This document shows, one piece after another, positions 31,001 through 40,755 of a stretch of DNA of 54,394 nucleotides. Every line of letters begins with the position of its first letter. The stretch's first letter is position 1. Origin of the DNA: Chitinivibrionales bacterium (GTDB lineage: Bacteria > Fibrobacterota > Chitinivibrionia > Chitinivibrionales > WJKA01); assembly GCA_014728215.1 (NCBI GenBank), contig WJLZ01000143.1, forward strand, positions 1 to 54,394, given 5' to 3'. The notes under the pieces are model-generated. The model saw only the letters and a list, made by a program, of their open reading frames with translations. It ran no database searches and was not told the origin of the DNA. The position numbers and the translations under genes were made by a program.

Positions 31001-31221
31001 ATGGAGGAAAGCGCCGTTTCCGCCCGGTCCTCCTCACATCCTTAACAACATTCTTCGGCCTGGCCCCCATGATTTTCGAGACCTCCCTCCAGGCCCGGTT
31101 CCTCATCCCCATGGCCCTCAGCCTGGGTTTCGGCGTGCTCTTCGTCACGTCAATCGCCCTTGTTATTGTTCCGGCTGGGTATATGGCAATAGAGGATATC
31201 AAACGATTAGTTGTTAAGTAA
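28075..31221 (+). CDS. Efflux RND transporter permease (AcrB/CzcA superfamily)
   Basis: 1048 aa with 12 TM segments and two large periplasmic loops. The conserved TM4 region ...VVDDAIVVGE... is present. It is the last gene of the TolC-MFP-RND operon. Confidence 0.9.
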   Translation: MNNNNGERKHGPLAYMAKNSVAANLILGIMVVGGLLIFPRIKQEVFPEVTLDQVLITVPYPSASPEEVEQGIILAVEEAVRGIDGVKEVRATASEGVAQVSAELYSAAPEDRTLNDIQSAVDRITSFPRDAEEPTIRLLSPRREVVTVILYGDIPPDKLRSVAEIVKEELLNTPNITQVEIEGIPSPQISVEVPLENLRRHNLTLQQIATVIGNASVEVPGGAIETPGGEILLRTTERRKTVEEFENIAIIAGESGSRITVGDLGRVYEDYTVQDMKAFFNGQRAVQIVAYRVGEETPIEVSRAVHEYVEQKRKHLPDQLGVAIWDDASEIFEDRIRLLLKNGLFGLIFVLIILGMFLKIHHAFWVTVGMAASFCGSFLFMPLLGVSINMISLFAFILVLGIVVDDAIVVGEAVYNRQQSGAPAIQAAIDGVREVATPVVFSVLTTVIAFGPLLFIPGVMGKLFSNIPLIVIPILLLSLFESLFILPAHLAHHKQKPRKGIIARLNRGQEKISRRLERFINNWYEPKLRKLIDNRAITLAAALAILIIALGLVGGGIIQFMFFPKIEGDVVVATIELPFGSTLEQTQGVMDRVIEAAREVRRSIEKEAGEEIVTGIFSEAGGLRDVGGPMGEMRRGAAHQGFITVQLVSAGERDISSREFSRRWRRATGEIPGVERLAFDYSIGPSGGAALAVELSHSNIDLLKQAAERLAARIGDYAGVFDIDDGFRLGKRQLDFKLRPGARALNITEGELARQLRNAWFGAEATRQQRGREELRVYVRLPEKQRTSEFYLEQMIIQTAQGGEIPLELAAYIIPGRSFTAINRKNGRRIVEVTADVNTGVTNANQVFDDLAESALPALQQEFPGLSWERAGQQEEMTESFSALRVGMAIALLIMYGLMAMVFQSYIQPLIVMAAIPFGVVGAFLGHLIMGYQLSLVSMLGIVALAGVVVNDSLVLITVINDHRIEGMEPRDAVINGGKRRFRPVLLTSLTTFFGLAPMIFETSLQARFLIPMALSLGFGVLFVTSIALVIVPAGYMAIEDIKRLVVK

Positions 31222-31559
31222 ATAGCGCACAGGGAAAGGACTGCCGTTGCTATATCAAACACTTACAACAAAACTCCATCACTCGGGTACTCCATCACTC
31301 CGTTCAGAAAAGTATTTGCAAAAGGCTTTTCTGAACAGGCACTAAATACCACAAGGCATCTCCCCCCATACCGTAGCCCGACTGTGAAGGAGGGCTTATG
31401 GGACGAGCAAAAGCATAATCACATCCATTTCTGCAAAGCAGACGACGTTTTCTGTTAGAAAACACTAATCTAATTGCCATAGTGAAAAATGGCGGCATAA
31501 GGCATATATTCTAAAATGAAAGAGAAACAAGCGATTCAACTTTAACAGGGATAGGTTTT

Positions 31560-33860
31560 ATGACTATACAATCCAAATTTAAGTGTTCATTGATTGTTTT
31601 GCCAATTTTTGTATTAATTTTTGGGTTTTCATCATCTGCATTCCTGAGCACCCGACAAACTCGCGGAATATATTGGGATGGAGCAGTCGAAATGAAAAAA
31701 TTTACTCGCCGGGTAACTGTTCACCCCTATTTCCTTGATATTGAAGAAGATATAGAAATAGCGCCTTTTAACTGGAGACCCCCTTCCGACAATTTAAATA
31801 CACTTGAAATATACGGCCAATTCACTTTGCCGGCACAATCAGTAATCACCGGTATTCTTATCTGGTATGAAGGGAAAATTCTTAAGGGCAAAATTAAGGG
31901 AAAAGAAACTGCACGAAAACAGTACGAAGATGTTGTAGATAGAGAGACTGCACCACCCCCACGACCGCGGGATCCAATCCTCATAGAAAAAATCAGCTCC
32001 AGCGGTAATATCGATCGATATAATCTCTCAATCTACCCGGTGGAATGGGGTAAATCCCGAAAAATCCGTATTCGATACCTCTGTCCTCAACGATACATAA
32101 ATAATGATCTGATGATGCAAATACCTTCATCGATAACAACAGAAGTATCCAAATATCCTCAGGAAATATCACAGACAATTCGTGCTTACGGAAACATTGA
32201 ACGGATTAATATCATTTCACCTCGGGATACCATATCGACCTCCTTGCCTGTTTCACTTGATGATATTTACAATAGATACAAGTTGGCTTCCACCTATATT
32301 CAGATAGCCGAAAGCCAAAAATCGATGATGGTCAAAACCTCATTTGATGACGGGAACTGGAAGGGAAATTATTTGATGTACTGGGGAGCGCCGCCGGAAA
32401 GTCTTTTAATTAAAGCAGGGCTTAAACGAGAAATAGTTTTTCTCTGGAAATGGAATTTCCAGCATTCTTTTGTCTATAACGATAATTCTCAAAAAAGCAT
32501 TTCACCTTACGGCATAGAGGTAATCAACCAGGCACGACGAATTTACAATTCAAATATCGAGATCGCCGACGCCGGCGACAAAGTCGGGTTGCTTTTGGAA
32601 AAAGGGAATCCAGATATTAACAAGATGTTTCCGCTCTCGAATAAAAACACTGCAATATTTGATAGTTTACAGGATTTTCTTTCATCCATCGATTCGACCT
32701 ATCTTTTATCACATATCAGAGGCGCCGCCCCTCCTGTTAAAATCAGAATCGATGAAAATGAGCGTGAGAATTTTTTTAGAAAAAACACTGAAGCATTTGA
32801 CATTTCTTTAAAATTAATCTGCAGCCTCTTTTCTGATCATGAAAAAATACTCAAACACATTGTATTTATTTCTGCCGGACCTGTTCCTGAAATGCCCAAT
32901 CTCGAAGATTATTACATGAATAGTGACAGCGTCCTGAGCGATAGCATATCGGTTTCTGCTTATGGATCATCACCGCGGTACCCAACCGGATACTGGCCCG
33001 GTGTGCCGATGCATAAAATTATTGAGAACCATGCGTTAATGACCGAGGGTACCTACAGCAATGATTTCTGGATTCCGGAAAAAAGGCAGGCACATTTTTC
33101 AGCAACGGTTAAAAGCGAAAAAAACAGCTATGAAACAAATCTTATTGAAATACAAAACAGATATTCAGGTTGTAATTATTATTATTGCAGCAAGAATTAT
33201 TATGATACCTTGAGTGTTGACACAATGTTTTTTGCTGGCCATTCGGTAACAGATTGGCATGATGCAATCGATTGGAAGGCTTTTGACACTCAGAATAATG
33301 AATTGGCAACCTACAGCGAAATTCCATTCACAATTAATTCACCCTCCGATACTTTCTGCGCAAAACTCTGGGCAGGAACAAATCATCCCGTTTCGGATAC
33401 GACGTACATTTTAAATAGGGGGGCGCGCTATGGTATTATTGACGAACAATACTCCTTGTTAGCATTGGAACAGGATACTGTGAGCGCTGATCAAAAAGCA
33501 CTCTTGGAAAACGAAGAACTTCCTTTTCTCTCCAATGATGAAATTTTTCTTCCTGATCTTACCGAGGAAAATCCCTCAACTTCAATTTCGGCAAAGGCAC
33601 AATCCATACATATACATTCATTCGCATTTATTACTTACTGCAACGGTTCGTTTAAGCTATTGATACCGAGCAAAGAAAAGGTAAAAAGCGTAAAAATATA
33701 TGATCTTAAAGGAAGACTCGTCCATCAGTTAAGTATTAATGATTTCAATTCAATAAATATTATTACTTTTCAAAACCATGGGATTTTAGGCATGGGTATG
33801 TATGCCGTTGTTGTAGAAACTGATTTAAACCGCTATGTGAAAAACTTTCAAATCATTTAA
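31560..33860 (+). CDS. Secreted VIT-domain protein with a T9SS-type C-terminal sorting domain
   Basis: N-terminal signal/TM. Vault-protein inter-alpha-trypsin (VIT)-like N-terminal block (LEIYGQFTLPAQSVITGILIWYEGKILKGKIKGKETARKQYED...RYNLSIYPVEW). The C-terminal ~70 aa (KIYDLKGRLVHQL...GMYAVVVETDLNRYVKNFQII) matches the Por/T9SS CTD pattern. The gene is strongly AT-rich relative to its flanks. Confidence 0.6.
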   Translation: MTIQSKFKCSLIVLPIFVLIFGFSSSAFLSTRQTRGIYWDGAVEMKKFTRRVTVHPYFLDIEEDIEIAPFNWRPPSDNLNTLEIYGQFTLPAQSVITGILIWYEGKILKGKIKGKETARKQYEDVVDRETAPPPRPRDPILIEKISSSGNIDRYNLSIYPVEWGKSRKIRIRYLCPQRYINNDLMMQIPSSITTEVSKYPQEISQTIRAYGNIERINIISPRDTISTSLPVSLDDIYNRYKLASTYIQIAESQKSMMVKTSFDDGNWKGNYLMYWGAPPESLLIKAGLKREIVFLWKWNFQHSFVYNDNSQKSISPYGIEVINQARRIYNSNIEIADAGDKVGLLLEKGNPDINKMFPLSNKNTAIFDSLQDFLSSIDSTYLLSHIRGAAPPVKIRIDENERENFFRKNTEAFDISLKLICSLFSDHEKILKHIVFISAGPVPEMPNLEDYYMNSDSVLSDSISVSAYGSSPRYPTGYWPGVPMHKIIENHALMTEGTYSNDFWIPEKRQAHFSATVKSEKNSYETNLIEIQNRYSGCNYYYCSKNYYDTLSVDTMFFAGHSVTDWHDAIDWKAFDTQNNELATYSEIPFTINSPSDTFCAKLWAGTNHPVSDTTYILNRGARYGIIDEQYSLLALEQDTVSADQKALLENEELPFLSNDEIFLPDLTEENPSTSISAKAQSIHIHSFAFITYCNGSFKLLIPSKEKVKSVKIYDLKGRLVHQLSINDFNSINIITFQNHGILGMGMYAVVVETDLNRYVKNFQII

Positions 33861-33879
33861 ATTAGAAGGATATTTTATT

Positions 33880-34452
33880 ATGAGTATAAAATATTTTATT
33901 ATTGCCCCACTGGTATTTGCCTTTCTTTTGTTGCCTGCTAATGCTGAATACGCAATGACTCAATTGGATACAATCGTTCCACCGGGATTAAACCTGTGTG
34001 ATTCAATTGCTCGATTTTCTTCTTCGGTTCGATATCCAGGCTACCGTAATGATTCTTCTGTTCTGAATATTGCAACAGGCTTCTTAAAAAATCATAATAA
34101 CAGTCCCAATTATGTATGGCACCCTCCTACGATGTATGATAATGTTAGCGGCATTTTTAGTTCTTTAGAACCATTTATTGCCGCAGAAAAATCATTTGGA
34201 AATACCAAATCAGGGATTTATCTCGGGAATTTCCATACTAATAAAGCACTTCGAAACGCTCTGCATTCCCGGGATTCCATTTATAAGTTTGCTTCTAATA
34301 AAAAGAACAACTATATACGTTCAGATTTTGGATTTGAGCTCTCTCCCTTTAATATCCAATATACGCCGCACAGGAAAATCGCTGTTTCAATTACACCGGC
34401 ACTAAGCAAAGAACTTGTTGCAAGCGGCTTTGAAATCAATTACAGGTTCTAA
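33880..34452 (+). CDS. Hypothetical secreted protein
   Basis: 190 aa with signal peptide MSIKYFIIAPLVFAFLLLPANAEYA. AT-rich codon usage like the preceding gene. No recognisable domain. Confidence 0.4.
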   Translation: MSIKYFIIAPLVFAFLLLPANAEYAMTQLDTIVPPGLNLCDSIARFSSSVRYPGYRNDSSVLNIATGFLKNHNNSPNYVWHPPTMYDNVSGIFSSLEPFIAAEKSFGNTKSGIYLGNFHTNKALRNALHSRDSIYKFASNKKNNYIRSDFGFELSPFNIQYTPHRKIAVSITPALSKELVASGFEINYRF

Positions 34453-34821
34453 TTAATTAAACATTGGAGTTGTGACTTTTCCGGTTTTATTATCATAAGG
34501 CAGGAAATATTTGATCTTTAGCAGCAACCGTACAGTATTTATTCGGTAGTACTGTATCCCAAAAATTCCCGCCCAAACCATTCTTCCTATGCGCCACAGG
34601 GCGCATAGCTATTAAAAAGCATTTTCAACGTGGGGTTCAAGGGGTGGAAACCCCTTCCATATTATTACATGTATATCAAGCCTCATCCCCATTCATAATT
34701 CAGTTTACTCTCTGCAATAGTGGTCTATAAATTGCTAAAGAGTATTTATATCAGCATAACGGTATAAGCAGGAATATGAGCATAAGCAAAAACGATTATT
34801 TATCACCATGGAAATTATCGT

Positions 34822-35244
34822 ATGTCATTTTTATCTTTTATTGAAGCGCAGATTAAATTGGCTCCTTTCCTGGGCTCCGCTACGATTATTCGATCAAATG
34901 CTCAACTTCGACTGCCTCCCAAAGCAGTTATTTTGACCTTTGATGACGGCCCGAATAGCGAAAACTCAACCACCGAGCGGCTGCTATCTACATTAAAAAA
35001 GCACAATATTAAGGCACACTTTTCATTAATCGGCAAGAACATGGATACGGTTATTAGAAGGAATATTGATGGTATTATTTATCAGAATGGCGGAATCATC
35101 GTCCTTCATGATGGAAAAGTCTTTCGGAATAAAGATTCTCGTCCGAAATACAACCGGAGCTGGATTCCCGATGCTACCGAAAGCATAATCTGCATTCTGC
35201 AAAGCTGGGGATTTTATTTTATGCGCTTTGTTGATATAGTGTAA
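34822..35244 (+). pseudogene. Truncated polysaccharide deacetylase (CE4/NodB-homology) fragment
   Basis: 140 aa carrying CE4 motif 1 (LTFDDGPNSE) and part of the following region, but far shorter than a complete NodB domain and lacking the downstream motifs. Likely a gene remnant in the AT-rich island. Confidence 0.4.
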
Positions 35245-35247
35245 AAT

Positions 35248-35279
35248 AAGGGGAATAACCCCTTCAATATTTATTTTTT
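35248..35279. terminator. Bidirectional rho-independent terminator shared by convergent genes
   Basis: A perfect stem AAGGGG-AATAA-CCCCTT (35248..35264) is flanked by T-runs on the + strand (CAATATTTATTTTTT) and A/T-rich sequence on the - strand. It lies between the stops of the 34822..35244(+) and 35279..36223(-) genes. Confidence 0.6.
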
Positions 35280-36223
35280 CACGAACTCACCACCACCATA
35301 TTCCTCCCCTCCCGCTTGGCTTTATACAAGGCGACATCGGCCTTTTTAACCAGGGCATCGGAGGAGGTAATACCGTTGCCGCAGGAGGCAACACCGATAC
35401 TGATAGTAATAGAGGGGTGATTACTTAAATTTTCTTCCACCCGCTCACGGAGCCGTCGGGCCAGGGCTGCGGCATGAAGGATATCGGTTGAGGGAAGGAT
35501 AACCACAAATTCTTCTCCTCCATACCGGCAGCAGGTATCACATTCCCGGGTCTCGGCATCGAGGAATCGCCCCAGTTTACACAAGACAATATCTCCCTCT
35601 GGATGACCGTACTGATCGTTCAATTGCTTGAAATTGTCAATATCAATCATCATCAATGAAACGGTATCACCATAGCGGTCATACCGTTTCATTTCGATAT
35701 CGAGGCGCTGAAAACAATACGAATGATTGTAAAGCCCCGTAAGTCCATCGTGACTGGAAAGCCGTACGAAATCTCTAAACTGTTGTTCGCTGACAAATGT
35801 GGCGGAGCCGACCAAATTAGAGACGTTGGAGAGATAGTCGAGTGCTGCGACTGTAATTTTAATATTCCTGCGGACCAGTGTCGACATCTCGTATTTATGT
35901 CGCAGAATTCTGTACCAGAGATCTTTTGCCGTCTCGGGCCGGAATACCTGGTGAGTAACCGCATAGAGAAGTTCGGAGAAAAAGACTATCCCCTGTTCAT
36001 CCCGTTTTCGCTCGATCTCCGCCATTTCATCATGATTAAGTTCACGATCGCCTGCAAATGCCGACACAATATCCACGGAGAGCGGCTTTTCTTCGAGAAG
36101 CTCGAACATCAGCTCTTCATCATCCGGTACTCGTGCCGACCCGTTGATGTTTTCAGCGCTTATCATCATCATTATTCCTTCCTTTAAACGGCATGTCCCA
36201 TTTTCAAATCGAGTATCATTCAC
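35279..36223 (-). CDS. GGDEF-domain diguanylate cyclase with an N-terminal sensory/regulatory region
   Basis: C-terminal GGDEF domain with an intact RYGGEEF active site and upstream DxLTGLYN motif. The N-terminal ~140 aa are of unknown type. An alternative start lies at MMMISAE (36172). Confidence 0.8.
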   Translation of the reverse strand: MNDTRFENGTCRLKEGIMMMISAENINGSARVPDDEELMFELLEEKPLSVDIVSAFAGDRELNHDEMAEIERKRDEQGIVFFSELLYAVTHQVFRPETAKDLWYRILRHKYEMSTLVRRNIKITVAALDYLSNVSNLVGSATFVSEQQFRDFVRLSSHDGLTGLYNHSYCFQRLDIEMKRYDRYGDTVSLMMIDIDNFKQLNDQYGHPEGDIVLCKLGRFLDAETRECDTCCRYGGEEFVVILPSTDILHAAALARRLRERVEENLSNHPSITISIGVASCGNGITSSDALVKKADVALYKAKREGRNMVVVSS

Positions 36224-36388
36224 ATAATCTCATACCGTTCCTGCTTCGTGATACCATGTGTCAACATTTCCTTTTTTCCTGTTTTCACAAACCGGAGCGA
36301 TCAAAAAAGTTATTTCCTTGATAAGCCTCGAGGTAGACATCCGCGGCATGAAAATCGATACTGCGGGCCTGCCCCGTGCTTATCATCC

Positions 36389-36892
36389 TTACCGTGCAGG
36401 TGCATGCGCTTCCGGCGCTCGTCCTGCAGCAGGAGCCTTATGGAGTACTTCACCATACAAACCACCCACGATCATGCCGTAAATGACATGGAGAACGATA
36501 AAGGCGACAACTCCAACAGTTCCCAGATTGGACATGAATATTCCCGGCGCATTCATTGTTCCGGGGACCATCGGATGGAGTGCCGGTATCACGCCCAAAA
36601 GCAGCCCGCCGAGAATAATATGAATTCCCGAAAGTGCAGCCCCGGTCCAGGTACCCGCATGATGAACGGCATGCTCAAATGCCCATCCATAACCCAGAGC
36701 AATGAGCCCGGAGATGACCAGGTGAACGATAAATCCAACGATCCATGTACCGACACTCGGCTCAAGTCCGAACAGGGTACCAAGCAACATACTCAAATTT
36801 ACCGGGATATCAATGGCACGTACTATAGCCAGGATGATGGTCATTACCAAACCACCCAGGACTCCAGCATAAATTGCTTTACTCCATTTCAT
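36389..36892 (-). CDS. Hypothetical integral membrane protein (4 TM helices, Gly-rich)
   Basis: 167 aa with clear hydrophobic helices (VLGGLVMTIILAIV; WIVGFIVHLVISGLIALGYGW; GGLLLGVIPAL; VVAFIVLHVIYGMIVGGLYG). The overlapping + strand ORF 36248..36922 is low-complexity and is rejected. Confidence 0.5.
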   Translation of the reverse strand: MKWSKAIYAGVLGGLVMTIILAIVRAIDIPVNLSMLLGTLFGLEPSVGTWIVGFIVHLVISGLIALGYGWAFEHAVHHAGTWTGAALSGIHIILGGLLLGVIPALHPMVPGTMNAPGIFMSNLGTVGVVAFIVLHVIYGMIVGGLYGEVLHKAPAAGRAPEAHAPAR

Positions 36893-37004
36893 GGAGACCT
36901 CCCTTCGTTTAGTTTACAATAATGCCTGCATATTAGTGCCTGCATACTATCATTAAAGCAATTGATGTGCCAATCGTGCCGGAAATCATTACATCTCCTG
37001 AGTA

Positions 37005-38861
37005 TCACCGAATAACCGGGACATCAACCGATAAATGAATCATTCCATCCTTTTCATCGTTGAGTGGCACACCATAGTCCAACCCGACCGTGCCCATGGC
37101 CAGGGTTACCCGTATCCCAGCTCCGACACCCCACTGCATATCGCCGGGAGAAAAAGAATCGACTTTGGGCCAGACATAGCCGACATCGCCGAAAACCGCG
37201 CCTCGAACCCATTTGTAAATAGGAAAAGCAATCTCCACGGGGGTAACGACCAGTGCAAGATTACCCCCTACCACATTACCCGTCTCGTTTTTCGGCGAGA
37301 GATCCTCACGATCATATCCTCTGACAGTACGGATCCGGTTCTGGCCTATGACAAACCGTTCCTGGGTTGGTATTCTATCGGAAGCGGTAAAAGCGGACAG
37401 AGCGATTCCGGAATTGACACGTGATATAAGGGTCCATGATGATCGAAAAAGCGGCATAAACGACTGGGCATCAATCCAGCTTTTCCAGAACCCGCTGCTT
37501 TCATCTTTCAACGGTCCGGCAAGTTCAGTATCCATCTGAAGAGCCAATCCCGAACGGGCGAATCCCACGGTAGTGCGGCGGGACTCGAAATCGATTCCTG
37601 TTCCCACAGCCAGAAATCGATTGACACTCTGTATATCCGCGGGTCCCGCGGGGTCGATACTGTTTCCATTCTCAAATCGTGTCCACCACTGCAATCGAGT
37701 CCGTTGTGCAGGATACATACTCATCCCGATACGGCCGCCGGTAAAGGCGCCTTCGTAGTTGATCCTGTCCCGCCGCCCCAGAAATAATTCGATATCGACC
37801 AGAAAAAACGGTACCGTGAGAAGGGGAAAGGAGTACTGGAGCTGAAGATTCTGAAATTCGGTGGCCGCATCGATATTCAGAGCGATCGCGTGTCCTCTGC
37901 CGAAGAGATTGGCATAGAGGATGGCTCCGGTGACACCGTATCCTGCAAACTGCTCCCATCCCCCGCTGAGACGGTATTTCAGCATCTCGGTCTCTTCCAG
38001 CTCAACATACACCGGAGCATACACGATATCGACCCTGTAGGGAGCAACCAGGGTGTCTTCTGCTTCGACGGCAATCCAGTCGAACAGGCCGGTTGTATTC
38101 AGCCGCCGCTGCGACTGTTCCAGCTTTTCGGAAGTTAATGTATCACCGGGCTCAAACAACAGGCTGCGGTCGATCACTGAAGGCCGTACTTTATTGAGGC
38201 CGGTGATATCGATTGTTCCCGCACGCACGATTGGTCCCGGTTCGACGGCAAAAACAACCGTGCCCCCCTCATCCCCGGGCATGCGTTCGAAATAATGGTC
38301 CACCTCTGCAAAGAGATAGCCTTCACCGGTATAAAATTCACGCAACCGTCCGGCATCGTCACGAAGCTCCGAGGGGACCAACAAATCACCCGTCGTTACC
38401 TCAAACTGCTGCTTCAGTACCGAATCGGGAAAAAGGGTATTACCGCTCACCCATAGCGAATCAACGGCGATCCGGGAATTCTCCTCGATCGCAATTGTAA
38501 TCGCCACTTCCATTTCGGAAGTATCACGGTATATCGTATCCAGTCGAATGTCGGCATCGAGATATCCCCGGTCGTAATATACCGCTTTAATCGAATCGAG
38601 GTCATCCATCAGCTGCAGAAAGGAAAACCGGCGGCATTTCCAGAATCGCGATGGCAGTGTTGTCATATGTTTCAACAACTGCTGTCTCCCCAGTACTGAA
38701 TTGCCGGTAAAGGTAATTTTTTCAACACTCCACTCGCCGTCACAACCACCATGAGCCGACAGGACATTCTGGAACAGGAAGAACAGAATAAAAATTTCAG
38801 GAAGCCAATGAGCAAGGATTGATTGAGGAAGACTGGCTGATGGTTTCGATATCGTGTGCAT
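37005..38861 (-). CDS. Omp85-family outer-membrane protein assembly/translocation factor (TamA/BamA-like: POTRA domains + D15 beta-barrel)
   Basis: 618 aa with a signal peptide. POTRA-like N-terminal region (VEKITFTGNSVLGRQQLLKHMTT...; AVYYDRGYLDADI). C-terminal bacterial-surface-antigen barrel (GWEQFAGYGVTGAILYANLFGRGH... G..VTLAMGTVGLDYGVPL). Confidence 0.75.
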   Translation of the reverse strand: MHTISKPSASLPQSILAHWLPEIFILFFLFQNVLSAHGGCDGEWSVEKITFTGNSVLGRQQLLKHMTTLPSRFWKCRRFSFLQLMDDLDSIKAVYYDRGYLDADIRLDTIYRDTSEMEVAITIAIEENSRIAVDSLWVSGNTLFPDSVLKQQFEVTTGDLLVPSELRDDAGRLREFYTGEGYLFAEVDHYFERMPGDEGGTVVFAVEPGPIVRAGTIDITGLNKVRPSVIDRSLLFEPGDTLTSEKLEQSQRRLNTTGLFDWIAVEAEDTLVAPYRVDIVYAPVYVELEETEMLKYRLSGGWEQFAGYGVTGAILYANLFGRGHAIALNIDAATEFQNLQLQYSFPLLTVPFFLVDIELFLGRRDRINYEGAFTGGRIGMSMYPAQRTRLQWWTRFENGNSIDPAGPADIQSVNRFLAVGTGIDFESRRTTVGFARSGLALQMDTELAGPLKDESSGFWKSWIDAQSFMPLFRSSWTLISRVNSGIALSAFTASDRIPTQERFVIGQNRIRTVRGYDREDLSPKNETGNVVGGNLALVVTPVEIAFPIYKWVRGAVFGDVGYVWPKVDSFSPGDMQWGVGAGIRVTLAMGTVGLDYGVPLNDEKDGMIHLSVDVPVIR

Positions 38862-38942
38862 ACGCTCTTCCTTATGGTTGATGTGCTGTTCAAGTCATAG
38901 GTTTCTCCTTCCCGCTCGACCGGAACAGGTTGGTACCTGCTC

Positions 38943-39671
38943 CTATTGCCATTTTCTCCGGGGCCGGGGCCTGACACGGAAAAAGTTTACGGTTGCGATA
39001 CCCATCAGAAATCCGCCGATATGGGCCCAGAACGCCACGCCCCCGCCGCCGTCCATCCCGATTGTCGGCAGTGCAGAAAAGAGCTGGAGCATAAACCAGT
39101 ATCCCAAAACGAAAATGGCAGGGATATCGATACGGGCAACATAAAATCCCAGAAAAATCAAAATTTCTATTTTGGCCCGGGGATAGAGTATCGCATAGGC
39201 CCCCATTACCCCTCCTATTGCACCCGAAGCGCCCACCATGGGAACAACACTCGATGGAGTGATTGTCAATTGCGCGGCCGCGGCGATAAGACCGGAGAGA
39301 AGATAGACCAGTATGAATTTAAACCGCCCAAAAGCATCTTCAACATTATCCCCGAATATCCACAGAAACCACATGTTACTGATTATATGAAGCCATCCCG
39401 CATGGAGAAACATGGATGAAAAAAGGGTGGACCAGTTGGGCGACTCTCCGATCATGCATCCAAACGTTCTGCTGACCGGAATGATTGTCCCGGGAGCGGC
39501 GGTACCCAGAAGCTCTCCGGGAATGAGACCAAAATTGCATATTGATTTTATGAGAAATGGATGGGCGCCGAACCGCTGAACCGCACCCCATATAAAACAA
39601 TTGATACCAATGATTATCCACGTCACAATCGGCTTCTTTAAAGTCGGATTATTATCGCGAATTGGAAACAT
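38943..39671 (-). CDS. Rhomboid-family intramembrane serine protease (paralog 1)
   Basis: Start taken at MFPIRDNNP (ORF opens at 39767). Catalytic GASGAIGG (Ser) and AHIGGF (His) motifs are present, with 6-7 TM helices. About 70% identical to the protein encoded at 40756..41481. Confidence 0.85.
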   Translation of the reverse strand: MFPIRDNNPTLKKPIVTWIIIGINCFIWGAVQRFGAHPFLIKSICNFGLIPGELLGTAAPGTIIPVSRTFGCMIGESPNWSTLFSSMFLHAGWLHIISNMWFLWIFGDNVEDAFGRFKFILVYLLSGLIAAAAQLTITPSSVVPMVGASGAIGGVMGAYAILYPRAKIEILIFLGFYVARIDIPAIFVLGYWFMLQLFSALPTIGMDGGGGVAFWAHIGGFLMGIATVNFFRVRPRPRRKWQ

Positions 39672-39798
39672 GGACTCCCCCTGCAAGAGCCGACTCCTTG
39701 GTGATTGCAAATACTCTCCATTACAGTTTCGTAAAACGCAAAGTATATGCCACACCCATACGCTCATATTTCACTGCCGATTTCCCCTTTACTAAAAG

Positions 39799-40668
39799 TT
39801 GTTTTGCGTTCCTGCGATTCATTTGCGAAAGCGGAAATCCGCCGACTCCACTCTTTCACCCTTTTTTAAAGTGGAAAACCACGAAACCGGCATACTGTTT
39901 GCAGGAGTAAGGAACGCCGATTTCAGAAAGGAAGGCACTATGCAGCAACGACAACCAGGTCATCTTTCATTTCCACAGATCGTGAAGTCCCCGGCTGCCG
40001 AGGAGCGGTTTATTGCGCCCGAAAGATATCCCAAGACATTTTCACTTAAGGGGTTTGTAAATCTCGTAACCGCCTCGCCCCGGACACAACGGAAGCTTCT
40101 CAGTTCCTACAAGCACCCCCGGCCCGGCGAACCGGGTGTGAGGATCATTTACTATGAAGAATGCCGTTATACGATCAAAGCTTTTCACCGTCTTGGGGAA
40201 GAACCCGGCTGGCTGCACATGCAGGGGGAACATCTCCAACGCCTTGCATCGGGAAACATCGGCAATACCCAATCCCGTCTCCTGCACAATGCCGATGTTC
40301 TCAGGTCCTATGCCCAAAACTTCGGCAACAGGAACTATGAACTCCTCGATAGCATGAACTTTCATCTTATGCTCGATGATATCATTGTTGCATTCTATCC
40401 CGACATGCACGTGCGTGAAGGTAACAGGGAGAAAATAATTAAATTCGAATTCGGAAAAAGCCGGGCTTCGGAAGACTATATCCGTATACTCTGCACTTGC
40501 ATGTATGAGTCCGTTATGCGAAATGGAAAAGTTCTCCCGGAGTCATCGGTGCTCTATCAGGATATTCCCCACGGCATAGAACACCGTGCCTCCAAACACC
40601 GAGCCCGCCTCTGGGCCGACATCGAAGCTACCAGCAGGACGATTACGGATATATGGGACAATGTGTAA
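39799..40668 (+). CDS. Hypothetical protein sandwiched between the two rhomboid paralogs
   Basis: 289-aa ORF. A more likely start is the internal MQQRQPGH (about 39939). No recognisable motifs. Soluble, with His/Cys-containing segments. Confidence 0.4.
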   Translation: MFCVPAIHLRKRKSADSTLSPFFKVENHETGILFAGVRNADFRKEGTMQQRQPGHLSFPQIVKSPAAEERFIAPERYPKTFSLKGFVNLVTASPRTQRKLLSSYKHPRPGEPGVRIIYYEECRYTIKAFHRLGEEPGWLHMQGEHLQRLASGNIGNTQSRLLHNADVLRSYAQNFGNRNYELLDSMNFHLMLDDIIVAFYPDMHVREGNREKIIKFEFGKSRASEDYIRILCTCMYESVMRNGKVLPESSVLYQDIPHGIEHRASKHRARLWADIEATSRTITDIWDNV

Positions 40669-40755
40669 AGAGCATGAGGATGAACTGCGTCGTAAGTAAG
40701 CGGAAGCCCCGCTTCGCTGGACACCCTCGAGAGGAGACAATGAGCTGTCCCGTGG

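Noticed and set aside
36248-36922. 224-aa plus-strand ORF overlapping the membrane protein gene
   Set aside because: The product is low-complexity, Arg/Ser/Cys-rich and lacks motifs. The opposite strand encodes a convincing four-helix membrane protein. This is a typical GC-rich shadow ORF.
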